Numbered from the stretch's first letter, positions 11,030-23,817 are shown. The stretch: 64,000 nucleotides of DNA from Alphaproteobacteria bacterium (GCA_965261975.1 CBDHEC010000056.1:64001-128000), one strand, 5' to 3'. A program made the numbers and translations. The notes: a model not told the origin generated them from the sequence alone.

Positions 11030-11057
11030 AAAACCCCGCCTTGTTGGCGGGGTTTTT
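11030..11057. terminator. Bidirectional intrinsic terminator
   Basis: AAAACCCCGCC-ttgtt-GGCGGGGTTTTT between convergent genes. Confidence 0.85.
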
Positions 11058-11092
11058 ATTTGGCCGGGCGGCCTGTCATATCCCGGCGAGGC

Positions 11093-12169
11093 CTAGGTGG
11101 CCTGTCCCCGTTCGCGGTAGCGCTCGAGGAACTGACGGCCACTTTCGTCATACATGAACGAGAGCAGGGTGTATCGCTGTCCCTTGGTCACGTCGGTCGC
11201 CTCGTGCAGCAGGTTGCATGAGAATATCGCTGCTTCCCCGGTCGCCGGGCGGTAGCTCGCCTGGCCATATTCCGGGAACCGTAATTCTCCACCCTCATGA
11301 TCCTCGGTGTTGAGGTTGAGGGTCATGGCGAAACGTCGATGCGCGGTGCCCAGCGTGGTGTTGTCGCGATGGGGGCGGAAGAACCCGCCGACATCGGCGT
11401 CGTACCGCACGATCTTGAACTCCTCGACGAAGCGAATATCGCTGTGGAAGGCGTTCCTGATCTCCGGCAGCACGCGGCGTTCGATCCGGCTGCCGATCGC
11501 CTCGAGCAAATCCTTGTCGACGACATGATGGTCCCGTCGCCGCTTGGTCACACCATCGGTGAGGTGCACCATCTTGCCTTCCTCCATGCGCAGCGTGCCG
11601 GAAGGCTCGTTGCCCCGGCTCTCGAATTGTTCGATCAGCCACTGGCAAAAGGAGGGTGAGAAGACTTCGGGGATAACCAGGATGGGCGGGTGCAGCTTTG
11701 CGGGCGAGGGAACCGGGGGGTCCATCGCGGCGATTTCGGCTGCCGCGCGTTCGGCGATCGGGGTGTCGCCGGGCCGGAGCACCGTGCGGACCTTCTGATC
11801 GGGCCCGAAGACGAAGCCGATCAGCTTGCCGCGGGCACCGAACCGGCTCGCGACTTTCTTGTCGGCGTCGGACAGGAGAAAAAACCCTGGTTCGTTCTCG
11901 GCGGCGATTCTCTGCACCAGGGGTATCGGGTCGGCGCTGATCGCGAACAGATGTGCCCCGGCCTCCAGCATGGCGGGTGCGGCGCGGAACATCGCCTGCA
12001 ACTCGCCCAGTGCGCCGGGGTCCTTCTGGGTCGGGTACAGCAGGACGAACAGCGGCCCGCCACGGGCCTTGTCGTTCAGATTGATGATGATGTCGCGCTG
12101 ATCGGGCAGGAAGAAATTCGGCGCGCGGTCGCCCCGTTCGAGCAGGTTTTCAAGCTTTGGTGCGCTCAT
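11093..12169 (-). CDS. AhpC/TSA-like domain fused to a 2OG-Fe(II) oxygenase
   Basis: N-terminal GDRAPNFFLPDQ...LYP...FAISAD...LLSD redoxin fold; C-terminal FFRPHRDN (HxD), EGGELRFPE, LLHEA, GQRYTL. Confidence 0.8.
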   Translation of the reverse strand: MSAPKLENLLERGDRAPNFFLPDQRDIIINLNDKARGGPLFVLLYPTQKDPGALGELQAMFRAAPAMLEAGAHLFAISADPIPLVQRIAAENEPGFFLLSDADKKVASRFGARGKLIGFVFGPDQKVRTVLRPGDTPIAERAAAEIAAMDPPVPSPAKLHPPILVIPEVFSPSFCQWLIEQFESRGNEPSGTLRMEEGKMVHLTDGVTKRRRDHHVVDKDLLEAIGSRIERRVLPEIRNAFHSDIRFVEEFKIVRYDADVGGFFRPHRDNTTLGTAHRRFAMTLNLNTEDHEGGELRFPEYGQASYRPATGEAAIFSCNLLHEATDVTKGQRYTLLSFMYDESGRQFLERYRERGQAT

Positions 12170-12251
12170 GTACTTGGTACTCCAGCGGGCCGATCCATGC
12201 CTATGACCTTGTCTACAGTACTGCCGGTGCTACGCCGGGTCCAAGAAGTGT

Positions 12252-13571
12252 TCAGTTGTTCGCGCGCAATGTCGCACCCACGAGCAGATGTGACCCGGTG
12301 ACGAGCACGCGTGCCGGCGTGGGGGTTTCGCCGATTTGTGACAGCGCGTCCGCGACCGATCCGGCTGCATGCGCCGTCAGACCGGCGCGTTCGGCGGCGG
12401 CGACCATATCCGTTACGGGCATGGCGCGGGGCTCGCCGTCGAGAGGGACGGCCGTGGCGCTGGTTGCGAGCGTCGTGAAGGGGGCCAGAAAACCGGAGAT
12501 ATCCTTGTCGTCCAGCATGGCGAAGATGAGGTGGAACGGGCGTGAGCTCCGTGCCTGGAGATCGCCAAAGGCATCTGACAGCGCTGCAGCCCCCATCGGG
12601 TTATGCGCCACATCCAGCCACAGTTCGGCCCCGTCGGGAAGCAACGCCGGGAGCGGGCCCGATGTCAGCCGCTGCATCCGACCTGGCCATCGCGCGTGCG
12701 CGAGGCCGGTTTGTATGGCGTCATCGCCAACGCCGGGAAACGCGCAGACGTCGAGGCAGGCCGCGGCAAGGGCCGCGTTGTCGATTTGGTGGCGCCCCGG
12801 CAGGCCGGGTCGGGGCAGGTTCCATTGGGTCCCGCCGCGTGTGTAGTCGCCGCCGCCATCGGCTGCGGCGGCGGCTTGCCATTCGACGCCGGCGCGATAG
12901 AGCGGCGCGCCGATATCATCCGCATAACGGTCGATCACGGCGGCGGCGTCGGGGTGTTGGGGGGCCACGATGGACGCCACGTCGTGCTTCTGGATAGCGG
13001 CCTTCTCGCCCGCGATCTCGGCCAGCGTGTTTCCGAGGAAGCCCATATGGTCGTAGCCGATCGGGGTGATGATGGTCGCGGCGGGCCCGGCGACGACGTT
13101 GGTGGCATCGAACCGGCCGCCCAGCCCCGTCTCCAGCAACACGACATCTGCGCGCGCACGGGCCATGGCAAGGAAGGCCGCGGCCGTGGTGATCTCGTAT
13201 TCGGTGATGGGCCTGCCGGCGTTGCGATCTTCGATCTCCTCCAGCAGCATCCGCAATGCTGCATCGGACATGATCTCGCCGGCGATCTTGTAACGTTCGG
13301 CGAAGCGCTGCAGATGCGGCGACGTATAGGCGCTGACTTTCAGGCCGGCGGCCGTCAGGCATGCGTCGAGGAAGGCGGTTGTCGACCCCTTGCCGTTGGT
13401 GCCGGCGATGTGAATGACCGGCGCCAGCTTGGCTTGCGGGTTGTCGAGGTCCGACAGCAGCCGGTGCATCCGGTCGAGGGACAGGTCGATACGGTCGGGG
13501 TGGTAGGTGACAAACCGCGCGAGGATGGCCGCGATCGCGCTTTCGTCTGCGCCGGGGACGCTAGTCCCCAT
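12252..13571 (-). CDS. folC: Folylpolyglutamate/dihydrofolate synthase
   Basis: HIAGTNGKGST, YTSPHL, ETGLGGRFDATN, LDVAHN; follows accD. Confidence 0.96.
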   Translation of the reverse strand: MGTSVPGADESAIAAILARFVTYHPDRIDLSLDRMHRLLSDLDNPQAKLAPVIHIAGTNGKGSTTAFLDACLTAAGLKVSAYTSPHLQRFAERYKIAGEIMSDAALRMLLEEIEDRNAGRPITEYEITTAAAFLAMARARADVVLLETGLGGRFDATNVVAGPAATIITPIGYDHMGFLGNTLAEIAGEKAAIQKHDVASIVAPQHPDAAAVIDRYADDIGAPLYRAGVEWQAAAAADGGGDYTRGGTQWNLPRPGLPGRHQIDNAALAAACLDVCAFPGVGDDAIQTGLAHARWPGRMQRLTSGPLPALLPDGAELWLDVAHNPMGAAALSDAFGDLQARSSRPFHLIFAMLDDKDISGFLAPFTTLATSATAVPLDGEPRAMPVTDMVAAAERAGLTAHAAGSVADALSQIGETPTPARVLVTGSHLLVGATLRANN

Positions 13572-14502
13572 TTGCGGAACTGGCGGCCGGGTCGTCGGCA
13601 GGGGCGGGCGCCGTCAGGGCGATGGGCGTCGGTTCGCCGCCGGTCGCGTCGCCACGGCCTTCGCGCAGAAGGTTCAGCATCTGCGCAATGGTCGCCTGCA
13701 TCTCGCCGCGCGGCACAACCATATCGACCATTCCGTGCTCGCGCAGGGATTCTGCGGTCTGAAAGCCCTCGGGAAGCTCTTCGCGGATAGTGTCCTTGAT
13801 GACGCGTTTGCCGGCGAAGCCGATGGTGGCGCCGGGCTCGGCAATCTGAATGTCCCCCAGCATCGCGAAGGATGCGGAGACACCGCCCGTGGTCGGGTCG
13901 GTCAGGATGACAATATAGGGAAGGCCGGCTTCGCGGACCTGCTCGACCGCCAACACCGTGCGCGGCATCTGGATCAGGCTGAGCATGCCTTCCTGCATCC
14001 GCGCGCCGCCCGATGCGGGGATGGCGATCAGGGCCGCATCCTGTGCGATGGCTTCCCGTGCGGCGGCGAGCAGGCCTTCACCCACGGCCTGGCCCATGGA
14101 CCCGCCCATGAAGCCGAAATCGAAGGCCGCGATGACGACCTTCTGGCCGCCGATCGTGCCATGGCCGACGACGATCGCTTCCGTCTCGCCGGACTTGCTC
14201 TGGGCGTCCTTGAGGCGATCGGTATAGCGCCGGCTATCGCGAAACTTGAGCGGGTCCGGTTTGACGGCCTGAAATTCGACCCGGGTGAACTCACCATCGT
14301 CGAACAGGAAACCCATGCGTGCCGCAGCGGGCAGGCGGATATGATGTCCGCAAGCGTGGCAGACATGCAGATTGTCGCTGAGTTCGCGATGGAACAACAT
14401 CTGCTCGCACGATGGGCATTTGTGCCAGAGATTATCCGGGACGTCCTTCTTGCCGACCAGCGCTTGAATTTTCGGTCGGACGAAATCGGTCAGCCAGCTC
14501 AT
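13561..14502 (-). CDS. accD: Acetyl-CoA carboxylase carboxyltransferase beta subunit
   Basis: CPSC...CHAC zinc finger, FMGGSMG, SGGARMQEG, PTTGGVSASFA. Confidence 0.97.
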   Translation of the reverse strand: MSWLTDFVRPKIQALVGKKDVPDNLWHKCPSCEQMLFHRELSDNLHVCHACGHHIRLPAAARMGFLFDDGEFTRVEFQAVKPDPLKFRDSRRYTDRLKDAQSKSGETEAIVVGHGTIGGQKVVIAAFDFGFMGGSMGQAVGEGLLAAAREAIAQDAALIAIPASGGARMQEGMLSLIQMPRTVLAVEQVREAGLPYIVILTDPTTGGVSASFAMLGDIQIAEPGATIGFAGKRVIKDTIREELPEGFQTAESLREHGMVDMVVPRGEMQATIAQMLNLLREGRGDATGGEPTPIALTAPAPADDPAASSANGD

Positions 14503-14521
14503 TGGATCCTCGCTTGCCTGA

Positions 14522-15364
14522 TCATTTCGCCGCCTCGCGCACGCCCTCGGCGAGCGAGCGGGTGAGGTCGAGTACGTTCGTTACCAGTTCCGGCTTCGCC
14601 TTGCCGTTTGCATCCAGATTATCAGCGACCGTCTGCACGATGGCCGAACCGACCACAGCGGCGTCGGCGATTTGTGCGACCGCGCCGGCTTGCTCGGCTG
14701 TTCGGATGCCGAAGCCCACGGCGATCGGCAGGTCGGTATGCTTTCGCAGGCGCTCGATCGAGGCCTGAATATCCGACGCATCGGCCGATTTCGTGCCCGT
14801 GATCCCGGCGATTGCGACGTAATAGACGAAGCCCGATGTGTTCGCGATCACGGCGGGCAAGCGCACATCGTCGGTTGTCGGGGTGGCGAGGCGGATGAAG
14901 TGCATGCCCGCGTCCAATGCCGGCAGGCACAGCTCGACATCTTCCTCGGGCGGCAGATCGACCACGATCAGGCCATCGACGCCGGCGTCGCGCGCGTCGG
15001 CGAGGAACCGGTCGACGCCGTAGATATAGATGGGGTTGTAGTAGCCCATCAGGATGATCGGCGTTTCGTTGTCGTCGGCCCGGAACCGGCGGACCATGTC
15101 GAGGGTCCGGTCGAGGCGCGCACCGCCGGCCTTGGCGCGCAGGCCGGCCGCCTGGATCGCGGGCCCGTCGGCCATGGGGTCGGAATACATCACACCCAGC
15201 TCGATCAGGTCCGCGCCCGCGCCGGGCAATCCCTGCAGGATCTCGAAGCTGGTCTCGAGGTCCGGGTCGGCAGCCATCACAAACGGGATGAAGGCCGCAC
15301 GCTTCTCGCCCGCGAGCTTCTTGAATCGCGCCTCGATGCGGCCGCTGGTCTCGCCCCGGCTCAC
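14522..15364 (-). CDS. trpA: Tryptophan synthase alpha chain
   Basis: [36 protein letters not shown]; GTG start overlaps the trpB stop. Confidence 0.97.
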   Translation of the reverse strand: MSRGETSGRIEARFKKLAGEKRAAFIPFVMAADPDLETSFEILQGLPGAGADLIELGVMYSDPMADGPAIQAAGLRAKAGGARLDRTLDMVRRFRADDNETPIILMGYYNPIYIYGVDRFLADARDAGVDGLIVVDLPPEEDVELCLPALDAGMHFIRLATPTTDDVRLPAVIANTSGFVYYVAIAGITGTKSADASDIQASIERLRKHTDLPIAVGFGIRTAEQAGAVAQIADAAVVGSAIVQTVADNLDANGKAKPELVTNVLDLTRSLAEGVREAAK

Positions 15365-16575
15365 AGCGCCACTCCCAGCGCGTCGGCGATCGTGAACACA
15401 TCCTTGTCGCCGCGCCCGCACATATTCATGACCAGCAGATGGTCGGCGGGCAGGTCGCCCGCGATCTTGCCGACATGGGCCAGCGCGTGGGACGGCTCAA
15501 GTGCGGGGACGATGCCCTCCAGGCGCGAGCAGAGCTGAAAGGCGTCGAGCGCTTCCTGGTCGGTGACCGAGACATACTCGACCCGGCCGGACTCATGCAG
15601 CCAGGAATGTTCCGGACCGATGCCCGGGTAGTCGAGCCCGGCGGAGATCGAATGGGCGTCGAGAATCTGGCCGTCGTCATCCTGCAGCAGGAACGTCCGG
15701 TTGCCATGCAGCACGCCCGGGCGCCCGCCGGTCAGGGAGGCGGCGTGTTCGCCGGTCTCGATGCCATGGCCCGCGGCCTCGACACCGATGATGTGCACAT
15801 CCTTGTCGTCGAGGAAGGGATAGAACAGACCCATCGCGTTGGATCCGCCGCCGATGCAGGCGATGAGTGAATCCGGCAGGCGGCCTTCCGCAGCCTGCAT
15901 CTGCGCCTTCGTCTCTTCGCCGATGATCTTCTGGAAATCCCGTACCATCGCCGGGTAGGGGTGAGGGCCCGCCACCGTGCCGATCAGATAATAGGTATCC
16001 TCGACATTCGCGACCCAGTCGCGCAGGGCATCGTTCATCGCATCCTTGAGGGTCGCCGTGCCGCTGGTAACGGGAATGACCTCCGCGCCCAGGAGCTTCA
16101 TCCGGAACACGTTCGGGGCCTGCCGCTCGATATCCGTCGCGCCCATATAGACCACGCATTGCAGGCCGAAGCGCGCGCAGACCGTGGCCGTGGCGACGCC
16201 GTGCTGACCCGCGCCGGTTTCGGCGATGATCCGCTTCTTGCCCATGCGCTTGGCAAGCAGGATCTGGCCCATGCAGTTGTTGATCTTGTGGGCGCCGGTA
16301 TGGTTCAGCTCGTCGCGCTTGAAATAGATCTTCGCACCGCCGAAATGCTCCGTGATCCGCTCGGCGAAATAGAGCGGGCTCGGCCGTCCCACATAGTGGG
16401 TCAGATACTCATCCAGCTCGGCCTGGAAGCTCGGGTCGGCCTTCGCGTCCTCGTAGGCCTGCTCGACTTCGAGAATTAGCGGCATTAGCGTTTCGGCGAC
16501 AAACCGGCCGCCGAAAATGCCGAAATGCCCGTGTTCGTCCGGGCCGTTATGGTAGCTGTTGGGTTCCGCACTCAT
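15361..16575 (-). CDS. trpB: Tryptophan synthase beta chain
   Basis: [11 protein letters not shown] (PLP lysine), [30 protein letters not shown]. Confidence 0.98.
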   Translation of the reverse strand: MSAEPNSYHNGPDEHGHFGIFGGRFVAETLMPLILEVEQAYEDAKADPSFQAELDEYLTHYVGRPSPLYFAERITEHFGGAKIYFKRDELNHTGAHKINNCMGQILLAKRMGKKRIIAETGAGQHGVATATVCARFGLQCVVYMGATDIERQAPNVFRMKLLGAEVIPVTSGTATLKDAMNDALRDWVANVEDTYYLIGTVAGPHPYPAMVRDFQKIIGEETKAQMQAAEGRLPDSLIACIGGGSNAMGLFYPFLDDKDVHIIGVEAAGHGIETGEHAASLTGGRPGVLHGNRTFLLQDDDGQILDAHSISAGLDYPGIGPEHSWLHESGRVEYVSVTDQEALDAFQLCSRLEGIVPALEPSHALAHVGKIAGDLPADHLLVMNMCGRGDKDVFTIADALGVAL

Positions 16576-16621
16576 CGTCGCTGCTTATACATCGTTGTTG
16601 GTCTGCTCAACAGTAAACCCG

Positions 16622-17269
16622 TCACAGGCTTCCCACCTCTTCCAGGAATGTTCTGATCCGGGCCGGGTCCTTGCGGCCCGGGGCGGCCTCCACGCCCGAT
16701 GATACATCGACGATGGTGGCCCCTGACGCGAGAACGGCCTCGGTCACGTTATCTGCGTTGATCCCGCCCGCGAGCATCCAGGGGACCGGCCATTCATGGG
16801 CCGACAACAAGGTCCAGTCGAAGGCCAGCGCGTTGCCGCCGGGCAGGGCGTCGGTCATTTCCTTCGGCGCCTTGGCGTCGAACATCAGCCAGTCGACCGC
16901 GCCGGCATAGGCGTGGGTTGCCTCGATGTCGTCGGCGTTCGCGACCTTGATCACCTTCATGACCGGCAGCCCCGTGCGCTCACGAATGTCGAGGCAGCGA
17001 TCGGGGCTCTCGGCGCCATGCAACTGGATCAGGTCGAGCGGCACCTTCGCCAGCACCGTGTCGAGCAGGGCGTCATCGGGGTCGACGAACAGCCCGACCC
17101 TGGCCACACCTGCCGGCACGAGCGCGGCCAGCGTGGCGGCGGTTTCGGGGTCGAGCGCGCGCGGGCTCGGCGGATAGAAGACGAGGCCGACATAGCGCGC
17201 GCCCGCCTCGATGGCCGTGCGCATCGCGGTTTCGTCGTTGATGCCACAAATCTTGGCGGTCACCTTCAT
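16622..17269 (-). CDS. trpF: Phosphoribosylanthranilate isomerase
   Basis: KICGI, SPR, IQLHGAE, LAGG, VDVSSGVE; ATG at 17269 overlaps the pyrF stop. Confidence 0.96.
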   Translation of the reverse strand: MKVTAKICGINDETAMRTAIEAGARYVGLVFYPPSPRALDPETAATLAALVPAGVARVGLFVDPDDALLDTVLAKVPLDLIQLHGAESPDRCLDIRERTGLPVMKVIKVANADDIEATHAYAGAVDWLMFDAKAPKEMTDALPGGNALAFDWTLLSAHEWPVPWMLAGGINADNVTEAVLASGATIVDVSSGVEAAPGRKDPARIRTFLEEVGSL

Positions 17270-17985
17270 CCGGCCAGCTCGTTCGAAATTCGCGCGGCGG
17301 CGGCGGCGGGATCGTCGGCGCCCGTGATGGGGCGGCCGATCACCAGGACGTCGGCGCCGTCGTTGCGGGCCTGGGCGGGGGTCGTGATGCGTTTCTGGTC
17401 GCCTGTCGCCGCCCATTCAGGGCGGATGCCTGGCACGATCAGCTTGAAGTCGGGCCCGCAGGCCGCGCGGATGGCGCTGATCTCGGCCGGCGAACACACC
17501 ACCCCGTCGAGCCCCTCGGACTGGACGAGCTGCGCCAGGCGAACGACCTGATCGCGCGCCGGTGTGGATTGGCCGACCGCCGACAAGTCGGCATCATCGA
17601 GGCTGGTCAGCACTGTCACGGCGATGACGAGAGGCCGTTGTGACCCGCCGGATTGCTCGGCCGCCTCGCGTGCCGCGGCCAGCATCGCCGGGCCGCCCGC
17701 GGCGTGGACATTGACGATCGCCGTGCCGAGATCGGCGACCGCGCGGACCGCGCCGGCGACCGTGTTGGGGATGTCGTGGAACTTGAGGTCGAGGAAGACC
17801 GGCAGGCCGAGATCGACGATCGCACGGACCCCGTCTGCGCCGTTCGCCGAGAAGAATTCGAGCCCGGTCTTCACCCCGCCCACATGCCCGCGCAAAGCCT
17901 CGGCCCAGGCGCGTGCCTGGCCGAGATCGGTGGTGTCGAGGGCCGCGAAGACGGGGTTTGCGGGCAATTGTGGCTGGTTCGTCAT
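17266..17985 (-). CDS. pyrF: Orotidine-5'-phosphate decarboxylase
   Basis: FLDLKFHDIPNTV, VTVLTS, PGIRP, DQKR, VIGRPIT; start reassigned to ATG 17985 (MTNQPQL). Confidence 0.97.
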   Translation of the reverse strand: MTNQPQLPANPVFAALDTTDLGQARAWAEALRGHVGGVKTGLEFFSANGADGVRAIVDLGLPVFLDLKFHDIPNTVAGAVRAVADLGTAIVNVHAAGGPAMLAAAREAAEQSGGSQRPLVIAVTVLTSLDDADLSAVGQSTPARDQVVRLAQLVQSEGLDGVVCSPAEISAIRAACGPDFKLIVPGIRPEWAATGDQKRITTPAQARNDGADVLVIGRPITGADDPAAAAARISNELAG

Positions 17986-17998
17986 GACAGCGCAGCTT

Positions 17999-19198
17999 CT
18001 AGCAGAGGTCCGTCCTCTGGTCACGTACCCGGAGCACCTCGGTGAGGCACAGAAACAGGTGATAGAAACTCGATGCGGGTGCGGTTTCGGCGAATCCGCG
18101 ACCGTTGGCGTCCAGATGGTCCTGCCAGTTGCCGTGGCCGACGGCGAGATACAGGCCGAACAGGCGCGACAAAAGCTGCTCGAGATGCCCGGCCGCATCG
18201 GTGTCGGGGCCGTCTTCCAGGCGCGCCAACTGTGCCTTGATGGCCTCGGTCTGGACCCATAGGCGCTTGTTGTCGTCGAGCGAGGTGCCGTGGCCGAGCC
18301 GGGCATCGTCCCCGCTGCGCAGCACCGAATCGAACGCCAGGCCCTGGGCCGGCCCGGGCTCATGATCGCTGCCATGGGCCATGGCGAACGCGTAAAGCGC
18401 GTTTGCTTCCGCCCGCATATCTGCACCGCTGGCCTCGGCGTAGCGCCGGAGCAGCCACACCCATTCGAAATGGTGTCCGGGTTCGACGATCTGTCCGGCG
18501 GTGCCGGGTGCGGTCGCCCAGTCCGCGTCGAAGAACTCGCCAAGGGTGCCGGTGCCGGGGTCGAGAAAGCGGGTGCGGAACAGATCAATGATCACCCGCG
18601 CCCGGTCGAGATAGGCCGTGTCGGCGGTGGCGCCGTGAAGCGCGAGCAATGCTTCCAGCAGATGCATATGGGGGTTCTGGCGGCGCGGCAGGTCATGTGC
18701 CGGGTTTTCGAAATACCCGCCATGCGCCGGGTCCGCGAGGTTTTCGTCGAGAAAGGCCAGCGTGCGTTCAGCCCAGATCAGCGCATCGGGATCGCCGCTG
18801 GCGCGGTGGTACCAGGCAAAGGCATAGAGCGCGAAAGCTTGCTCATAGGCCTCGATCCGGACATCGGCCGGGGTGCCGTCGCGGGCGGTCGAGAAAACAA
18901 ATCCGCCGCCATCCTCGCGCCAGTAATGCCGGGTGAGAAACTCATAGCCGCCGCGTGCGACATCGAGGGCGCTCGGGCCGCCGGCAGGCGGGTTCCAGCC
19001 CAGACGATGTGCATGGCTGTAGACATAAATCTGCCGCGCCTGCACGCGCATGCGCTTGTCGCGGTCGTACAACGGTTTGCCGTCGAGGGTCAGGCATTCG
19101 ACGAAGCCGCCCGCCATATCGTCATACCCGGCATGGGACCAGAGCGGCAGCGCCTGGCGGGTCAGCCATTCATGGATATGGGCCGCGTCGATGGTCAT
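17999..19198 (-). CDS. AGE (N-acylglucosamine 2-epimerase) family epimerase/isomerase, mannose-6-phosphate isomerase-like
   Basis: RVQARQIY, QNPHMHLLEA, EPGHHFEW, RLWVQTE, ASSFYH. Confidence 0.85.
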   Translation of the reverse strand: MTIDAAHIHEWLTRQALPLWSHAGYDDMAGGFVECLTLDGKPLYDRDKRMRVQARQIYVYSHAHRLGWNPPAGGPSALDVARGGYEFLTRHYWREDGGGFVFSTARDGTPADVRIEAYEQAFALYAFAWYHRASGDPDALIWAERTLAFLDENLADPAHGGYFENPAHDLPRRQNPHMHLLEALLALHGATADTAYLDRARVIIDLFRTRFLDPGTGTLGEFFDADWATAPGTAGQIVEPGHHFEWVWLLRRYAEASGADMRAEANALYAFAMAHGSDHEPGPAQGLAFDSVLRSGDDARLGHGTSLDDNKRLWVQTEAIKAQLARLEDGPDTDAAGHLEQLLSRLFGLYLAVGHGNWQDHLDANGRGFAETAPASSFYHLFLCLTEVLRVRDQRTDLC

Positions 19199-20151
19199 GG
19201 TCCTATCCGGTCGATCAAAAGTTCCGCGGCCGCGAGGTCCTCGAGCGCCGTTCCCACGGATTTGAACATGGTGATCTCGGTGATGGAAGAGCGACCGATA
19301 TGCTCATCCCGGCATAATTCGGAGAGCTCGGCGACGATATCGTCCGGGGCGATCAGGCCGGCAGCCAGGGGCTGGGTGATGTCGCCGGCCTCGGACATGG
19401 CGCCCGCGCGGGTATCGACAAAAATACGTGCGCGGCCGATGGCCGTGTCGTCTGCCTCGCGCATGTCCGGGCGAAAGCCGCCCACCAGATCGACATGGGT
19501 GCCCGGTCCGAGCCATTCGCCGTCGAAAACCGGCACGCGAGATGTGGTCGCGCAGCTGACGATGTCCGCATCGGCGATTGCGGCCTCCAGATCGTCGCAG
19601 GCCGCGATGTCGAACCCCTGGCCGGACATCCGGCGGGCGAGGCTTTCGGCCTTTTCCCGGTCGCGCCCCCATACGGCGACTTGGGCGATCGGGCGCTCGG
19701 CGCGATGGGCCGTGATCAGGTCCGGTGCGAGCCGGCCGGTGCCGATCATGACAAGCCGCTGCGAATCCGGTCGTGACAGAAACCGTGACGCGAGCGCGGA
19801 CGCAGCCGCTGTGCGTCGCGCGGTCAGGGCGGGCCCGTCGATCAGAGCGCGCGGCGCGCCTGATTGTCCATCGAGCAACAGATAGACGCCCTGGACGGAG
19901 GGTTGAGGTGTGCCTTGTGACGGGTTGTCCGGATGAACCGTGACCGTTTTCACGCCGATATGGCGTGGCGGCAGCTCATTGTCCCATGCGGGCATCAACA
20001 GCAATGTTGCGTCGTCTCGCGCGCCCATGGGGATGCTGTGATGGTGGCGGACCGGTGCGACGGCGCCATCGCGAAACGCCGCGTGCAACGCCGCCACGAG
20101 GCTGGGCGCGTCGAGCAATGCGTCGACGGTTGCCGGGTCGATGGTCTGCAA
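19195..20151 (-). CDS. Ornithine cyclodeaminase/mu-crystallin family protein
   Basis: LLLMPAW, GVK.V.V.PDN, LTARRTAAASALA, GTG, FKSVGTALEDLAAA. Confidence 0.88.
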   Translation of the reverse strand: MQTIDPATVDALLDAPSLVAALHAAFRDGAVAPVRHHHSIPMGARDDATLLLMPAWDNELPPRHIGVKTVTVHPDNPSQGTPQPSVQGVYLLLDGQSGAPRALIDGPALTARRTAAASALASRFLSRPDSQRLVMIGTGRLAPDLITAHRAERPIAQVAVWGRDREKAESLARRMSGQGFDIAACDDLEAAIADADIVSCATTSRVPVFDGEWLGPGTHVDLVGGFRPDMREADDTAIGRARIFVDTRAGAMSEAGDITQPLAAGLIAPDDIVAELSELCRDEHIGRSSITEITMFKSVGTALEDLAAAELLIDRIGP

Positions 20152-20158
20152 GCCGGGA

Positions 20159-20479
20159 CTAGTCCGTGCGCGCCGGTGGCTGTGCCACGGGCGTCGGCGA
20201 GGTTGTGCGTTCGGCGGCGTCCAGCTTGCGTTCGAGCTCGCGGATTTTTCCCGCTCGTTCGCGCGCGCGCCTTCGCGTCGGTGCAGCGGTGATCCACATC
20301 AATGTTGCGCCAAGGGCAAACCCGACCCCGAGACCGATAAACACGAAAATGAACAGAGGCCATGTGATGACCAGATCGAGCGGCCAGAGACTGACGCCGG
20401 CGTCACCGCGATTGTTGACCGCGAAGACGACCACGATGATCGCGACCGGAATGGTAATTAGCAAGCGCAGGCGGTTCAC
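20159..20479 (-). CDS. LapA (lipopolysaccharide assembly protein A) domain membrane protein
   Basis: Two TM helices, FAVNNR...V.LWP, basic coiled tail; GGAG RBS before GTG 20479; downstream of ihfB. Confidence 0.8.
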   Translation of the reverse strand: MNRLRLLITIPVAIIVVVFAVNNRGDAGVSLWPLDLVITWPLFIFVFIGLGVGFALGATLMWITAAPTRRRARERAGKIRELERKLDAAERTTSPTPVAQPPARTD

Positions 20480-20657
20480 GACGCATCTCCAGGGTCGGTC
20501 ATGGATTCTGCCAGTTAGTTCAAAGCATTGCCGTCGGCGGACTGCGATCGGCACCCATGCCTGACAATGGGGCCGAGTTTACCCCATTCGTCGTGTGAAT
20601 GAATGATGTGCGTGGACGTTGGCGTCAGAAAGTCCGACGATGGCGTCAGGCTGCGGA

Positions 20658-20939
20658 TTACTCGCCGTTGAGGCGTTCGCGCAGTTCCTTGCCGGTCTTG
20701 AAATAGGGAACAACCTTGGCGTCGACATCGACGGCGGCGCCGGTGCGTGGGTTCCGGCCGGTTCGTGCGGCGCGTTGTTTGACCGAAAAGGCGCCGAAAC
20801 CACGCAGTTCGACCCGGTCCCCGCGCGCCAGGGCAGCGGTGATCTCTTCCAGGATTGTTGCCACGATACGTTCCGCGTCGCGTTGCAGCAGGTGCGGGTT
20901 GCGCTCGGCCAGGCGCTGTATCAATTCCGACTTGGTCAT
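20658..20939 (-). CDS. ihfB: Integration host factor beta subunit
   Basis: [36 protein letters not shown]. Confidence 0.97.
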   Translation of the reverse strand: MTKSELIQRLAERNPHLLQRDAERIVATILEEITAALARGDRVELRGFGAFSVKQRAARTGRNPRTGAAVDVDAKVVPYFKTGKELRERLNGE

Positions 20940-21012
20940 CCTATTCCCCCGGGGATTCGCCAATCCCGCATATTCGCCTTCCCCCGAAGGCTCAGCTGCC
21001 ATTCTGTTAACG

Positions 21013-21924
21013 TCAGCGCGCCGAAGGTTGCCAAAGCGAAACCAGACCGTCAAGTGTTAATGCATTGGAAAACAACGATTTTCCCGCAAGTCCCGTGATC
21101 TTCTCCAGGAAACTGTCCGAGTCGGCGTTGGTCCGCACGGATTCGACCGGGAGTCCGCCGGGGACATCGCGCTCTCGAACCATCCAGTCGATTGCCGCCG
21201 CCTCGTCGCCGATTGCATCGATCAGGTTATTCTCCACCGCCTGACGCCCCGAGAACACGCGGCCATCGGCCAGACGGCGGACGGCCTCGGTATCGATGGG
21301 CCGGCGGTCGATCACCAGATCGACAAAAAAGTCATAGAGATCGAGCACCACCTGCTCCGTCACGGCCCGGCCCTCAGGTGTCAGGGGTTCGACGGGCGAG
21401 GGGACCCCTTTCAGCTCACTCGACTTGATGGTGACGGGCTCGACACCGATCCGGTCGAGCAGGTCGCTCACATTGGCGGTTTGCAGGATGACCCCGATGG
21501 AGCCGGTGATCGTGCCCTCGCGAGCGAAGACCCGGTCGGTGGCAATGGCCGTCATATAGGCGGCTGACGTGGCCACGGTGCCCATCACGGTGGCGACCGG
21601 CTTGGCTTGCGCGATGGCGCGCAGGCCGTTGTACAGGTCCTCACCGCCGACGACGCTGCCGCCGGGGCTGTCGATATGCACGATCACGCCGCGTACGTTG
21701 TCGTCCTCGGCCAGCCGGGCCAGGATCCGGCTGCGGGCATCATCGCGGACGATCACGCCCTCGATCTGAATGCGGACGATCCGTTCGCCGCTTAACAACG
21801 TGCCCTGGGCCTGCAAATAGGCCAGTACCGCACCGACCATGACCAGCAACGTGACGGCCTGCCAGACACGCAGCCGGCGTTTCAGCCGGCGGCGGTCAAG
21901 CAGGGCGTCCGTTTCGTAGGACAT
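21013..21924 (-). CDS. sppA: Signal peptide peptidase SppA (S49)
   Basis: [29 protein letters not shown]; between rpsA and ihfB. Confidence 0.92.
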   Translation of the reverse strand: MSYETDALLDRRRLKRRLRVWQAVTLLVMVGAVLAYLQAQGTLLSGERIVRIQIEGVIVRDDARSRILARLAEDDNVRGVIVHIDSPGGSVVGGEDLYNGLRAIAQAKPVATVMGTVATSAAYMTAIATDRVFAREGTITGSIGVILQTANVSDLLDRIGVEPVTIKSSELKGVPSPVEPLTPEGRAVTEQVVLDLYDFFVDLVIDRRPIDTEAVRRLADGRVFSGRQAVENNLIDAIGDEAAAIDWMVRERDVPGGLPVESVRTNADSDSFLEKITGLAGKSLFSNALTLDGLVSLWQPSAR

Positions 21925-21948
21925 GGCGGCCGGAAAGGCGCGGAAGTC

Positions 21949-23817
<1,869 letters not shown>

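Noticed and set aside
17266-18588. Long N-terminal extensions in the ORF track for pyrF, cmk, trpF, ynjB, ynjC and the YciI protein
   Set aside because: They overlap neighbouring genes; starts were reassigned using family N-termini, RBS and stop/start overlaps.
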